The notes beneath the pieces are model-generated. The model had not been told where the DNA came from and ran no database searches. It worked only from the letters and a program-made list of their open reading frames with translations. From positions 14,592-38,591 of the forward strand of contig NZ_LDOV01000053.1 in NCBI RefSeq assembly GCF_001029435.1: a DNA stretch of 24,000 nt, written 5' to 3'. Origin of the DNA: Photobacterium aphoticum (GTDB lineage: Bacteria > Pseudomonadota > Gammaproteobacteria > Enterobacterales > Vibrionaceae). Each line of letters opens with the position of its first letter. Position 1 is the first letter of the stretch. Positions 21,796 to 24,000 of the stretch are shown piece after piece. Both the position numbers and the translations under genes were made by a program.

Positions 21796-24000
21796 ATGAA
21801 AAAGACTCTCCTTGCTGGCCTGCTTGGTAGTGTATTAGCGGCTCCTTATGCCGTTGCTGCACCTGCTCATGATGCTGTTTCCGAACAACAATATGTCGCC
21901 GATATGCAAACCATGCATCGCATGATGAACGAACGTATCGAAGAGCTACGCGAATACGCGAGCCATGAAGAAAATATTATTCATCGCAATGAGCGTCGCT
22001 TTATCATGGTTGATGGTCGTGAATATGAAGTGGGGGAAAATAATTACCTGTACTTTGATATTCCTCGTCCTTTCCATAACGAAGAAATGTTCCGCCACAT
22101 CTTCGGCTTCTTTAATGAAGATTGGGAACTGAGCCTGTACGCACGTGGCATGGTGGCCGTAAACCGCATTTACGGTAACTACGACTACGGCAACGGCTGT
22201 TTGATGGAATACAACCCATCACGCCCATTCACGGCCGCTGATGGTAGCAAAACACCATTTTCACTAGAGATCAGCACCTGTCAGGTGGATGAGGGCCGCT
22301 CTCACCAAACGTTGCGTTACTTGGGTAAAGGCACCCCAATCACACATGAAACCTTCGGCTACGCACAATCGGGTGATTTCATCCCTGAATCTGTCGCGCT
22401 GCACGGTGACAAAGTCTACGTCGGTAACACCCACAGCGGTTTCTCACGCATCGACCGCTACGACATGCGCACCCAAAAAGCCCTACCGCCAATCACGGGC
22501 TTCACCCTGAACGGTCAGGAAGAAACCTACCGTATCGTGAGTGATGTGACGGAGCATAATGGCCGTCTGTTTGTGGCTTCTCTGTCCTCTAACCGCGTCG
22601 ATGTTTACGATCTGAATAACAACGATGAAATCATCATGTCACTGGGTACCGGCGTGTACTGGGGCGACAAGTTTGTTGATGCCCTCACCCACCCGTACAG
22701 CGTGGCAGCCAATGACGAATATGTTTTTGTTGCGGACATTACCGGTAAGATCTCCATCTACCGACAAAGTGACGTTACGCAGGCCAACCACAAACGCGCG
22801 GTGAAACACGCCTTCTTTGATTTGCCAGACAGTAACAGTATCTACCGCAACATCAAGATGGAAGTGGTCGCTAACGAGCTGATCGTCAGCTTCGACAACA
22901 GCAAAACATATGTGTTTGGCATTGATCAGATCGAACCAGGTCAAACCTTGATCCCAGCGAAGCAGATCATCAACAAATCACAGCGTCGTAATGTCTTTGA
23001 AGCACAAAATGGCACCGTATTTACAGGTACCAGCCAAGGTAAAGTAGAGCTATTCAACAAGGGCGATCTGCAATTCAACGAACACGGTATCGCGACGACG
23101 CCTGCGTATGAGTTCAGCACCTACTTCAATGAAAAATTAGACAAAGAAGTGGCAACCAAAGCCAGCTGGGATCTTGCGGCAAACACCGACACGCTGGCGA
23201 TGCTACAGGACAACACGATCCTGCTGGCGGATATGGAATCGCTAAAAGTCTACGTGAACAATGCTCCGGCTTGGGATCCTGCACCAGAGCTTGATCTGAA
23301 CGCATATGAAGTCAAAAGAAAGCCATTGCTGACGAACGAAGAAAGCTGGGAAAGCCTGACGCAAAACCACGAAGTGCGCGTCAATCGCCTGCTTTCAGGT
23401 AAACAGCGTTTGGATAGTTTAGAAATCATCAGCTACGCCGCACAGCGCACGTTCGATCTGGATGTTGAAGCACGCTTTGGTAAAACCGGCCCATGGGTGA
23501 AACTGGGTTCAATCAGCGAGTTGGAGCCATTTACATCGTTCAAGCTGGATCAAACACTGGAAGACAACGTCTACTACCCAACCACCAATGATGGGCAGTC
23601 TGTCACGGTGATGGGTCTGAAAGATGTGTCGTACATGCCAGCTAACCTGATCGACATTCGCCTGACATCAGACACCGACACTTTCGTTCAGAAGATTACC
23701 GATCTGAAACCAAACTGGCGCCTGCGCTTTGGTACCTACAGCCCAGAAACCCACGGTAACTGGGGTCGAATTACGGGTCCTTACGCCCGTGAGTGGATGA
23801 TCATGATGGCAAACTTTGCTTACATCATGAACAGCCCAGAGTTTGAACACATTTGGTTCAACTACAAAGAGACCTGGGGTCAAGGCACCAGCGAGTTCTT
23901 TGGTGATGCCGGCCAAGTGGACGCACCAAACGGTAACTTCACCGCTGAAGATTACGCACGTGTTTACCAAAACTTCATGAACCGTGATCTGATTGAACTG
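21796..24000 (+). CDS. Large secreted protein of unknown function, 5' partial (735 codons, continues past the window end): signal peptide plus about six beta-propeller-like repeats
   Basis: This ORF is absent from the supplied track because it has no stop in the window. I translated 21796-24000 codon by codon and found no stop. The N-terminus MKKTLLAGLLGSVLAAPYAVA/AP is a signal peptidase I-type signal peptide. Residues ~200-480 show about six repeats at roughly 50-aa spacing: HGDKVYVGNTHSGFSRIDRYD, HNGRLFVASLSSNRVDVYD, NDEYVFVADITGKISIYR, ANELIVSFDNSKTYVFG, QNGTVFTGTSQGKVELFN and NTDTLAMLQDNTILLAD. Confidence 0.8.
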   Translation, partial: MKKTLLAGLLGSVLAAPYAVAAPAHDAVSEQQYVADMQTMHRMMNERIEELREYASHEENIIHRNERRFIMVDGREYEVGENNYLYFDIPRPFHNEEMFRHIFGFFNEDWELSLYARGMVAVNRIYGNYDYGNGCLMEYNPSRPFTAADGSKTPFSLEISTCQVDEGRSHQTLRYLGKGTPITHETFGYAQSGDFIPESVALHGDKVYVGNTHSGFSRIDRYDMRTQKALPPITGFTLNGQEETYRIVSDVTEHNGRLFVASLSSNRVDVYDLNNNDEIIMSLGTGVYWGDKFVDALTHPYSVAANDEYVFVADITGKISIYRQSDVTQANHKRAVKHAFFDLPDSNSIYRNIKMEVVANELIVSFDNSKTYVFGIDQIEPGQTLIPAKQIINKSQRRNVFEAQNGTVFTGTSQGKVELFNKGDLQFNEHGIATTPAYEFSTYFNEKLDKEVATKASWDLAANTDTLAMLQDNTILLADMESLKVYVNNAPAWDPAPELDLNAYEVKRKPLLTNEESWESLTQNHEVRVNRLLSGKQRLDSLEIISYAAQRTFDLDVEARFGKTGPWVKLGSISELEPFTSFKLDQTLEDNVYYPTTNDGQSVTVMGLKDVSYMPANLIDIRLTSDTDTFVQKITDLKPNWRLRFGTYSPETHGNWGRITGPYAREWMIMMANFAYIMNSPEFEHIWFNYKETWGQGTSEFFGDAGQVDAPNGNFTAEDYARVYQNFMNRDLIEL

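Overview
The window reads as chromosomal DNA from a gammaproteobacterium; a Vibrionaceae-like or enteric-like origin is inferred from protein similarity and synteny only. It has three blocks. (1) 86-8960 is a Ter stress/phage-resistance locus. terZ-terA-terB-terC-terD-terE lie on the minus strand. Diverging from a 279-bp AT-rich control region is a four-gene, translationally coupled plus-strand operon: PRTase-TRSP, HAD phosphatase, PRTase/StiP-PELOTA and an HpcH/CitE-like C-C lyase. This is the Ter-linked 'nucleoside-like metabolite' module, predicted only by comparative genomics; its product has never been identified. Here it is a minimal form with no ATP-grasp gene. Its first gene shows a sharp GC break at the domain boundary. 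(2) 9208-18962 holds a pirin gene, then a block syntenic with E. coli ygjH-ebgR-ebgA-ebgC-ygjI. It carries 15-bp palindromic LacI-type operators (one next to ygjH) and a tandemly duplicated APC permease with long structured leaders. (3) 19200-24000 holds a small PEP-CTERM-like surface protein, a convergent group II PLP decarboxylase, and a 735-codon ORF absent from the supplied ORF track because it runs off the window end. That ORF encodes a signal peptide and about six propeller-like repeats, and I could not assign it to a family. I saw no rRNA, tRNA, CRISPR array, IS element or integrase. Several ORF-track starts are over-extended and are corrected below.
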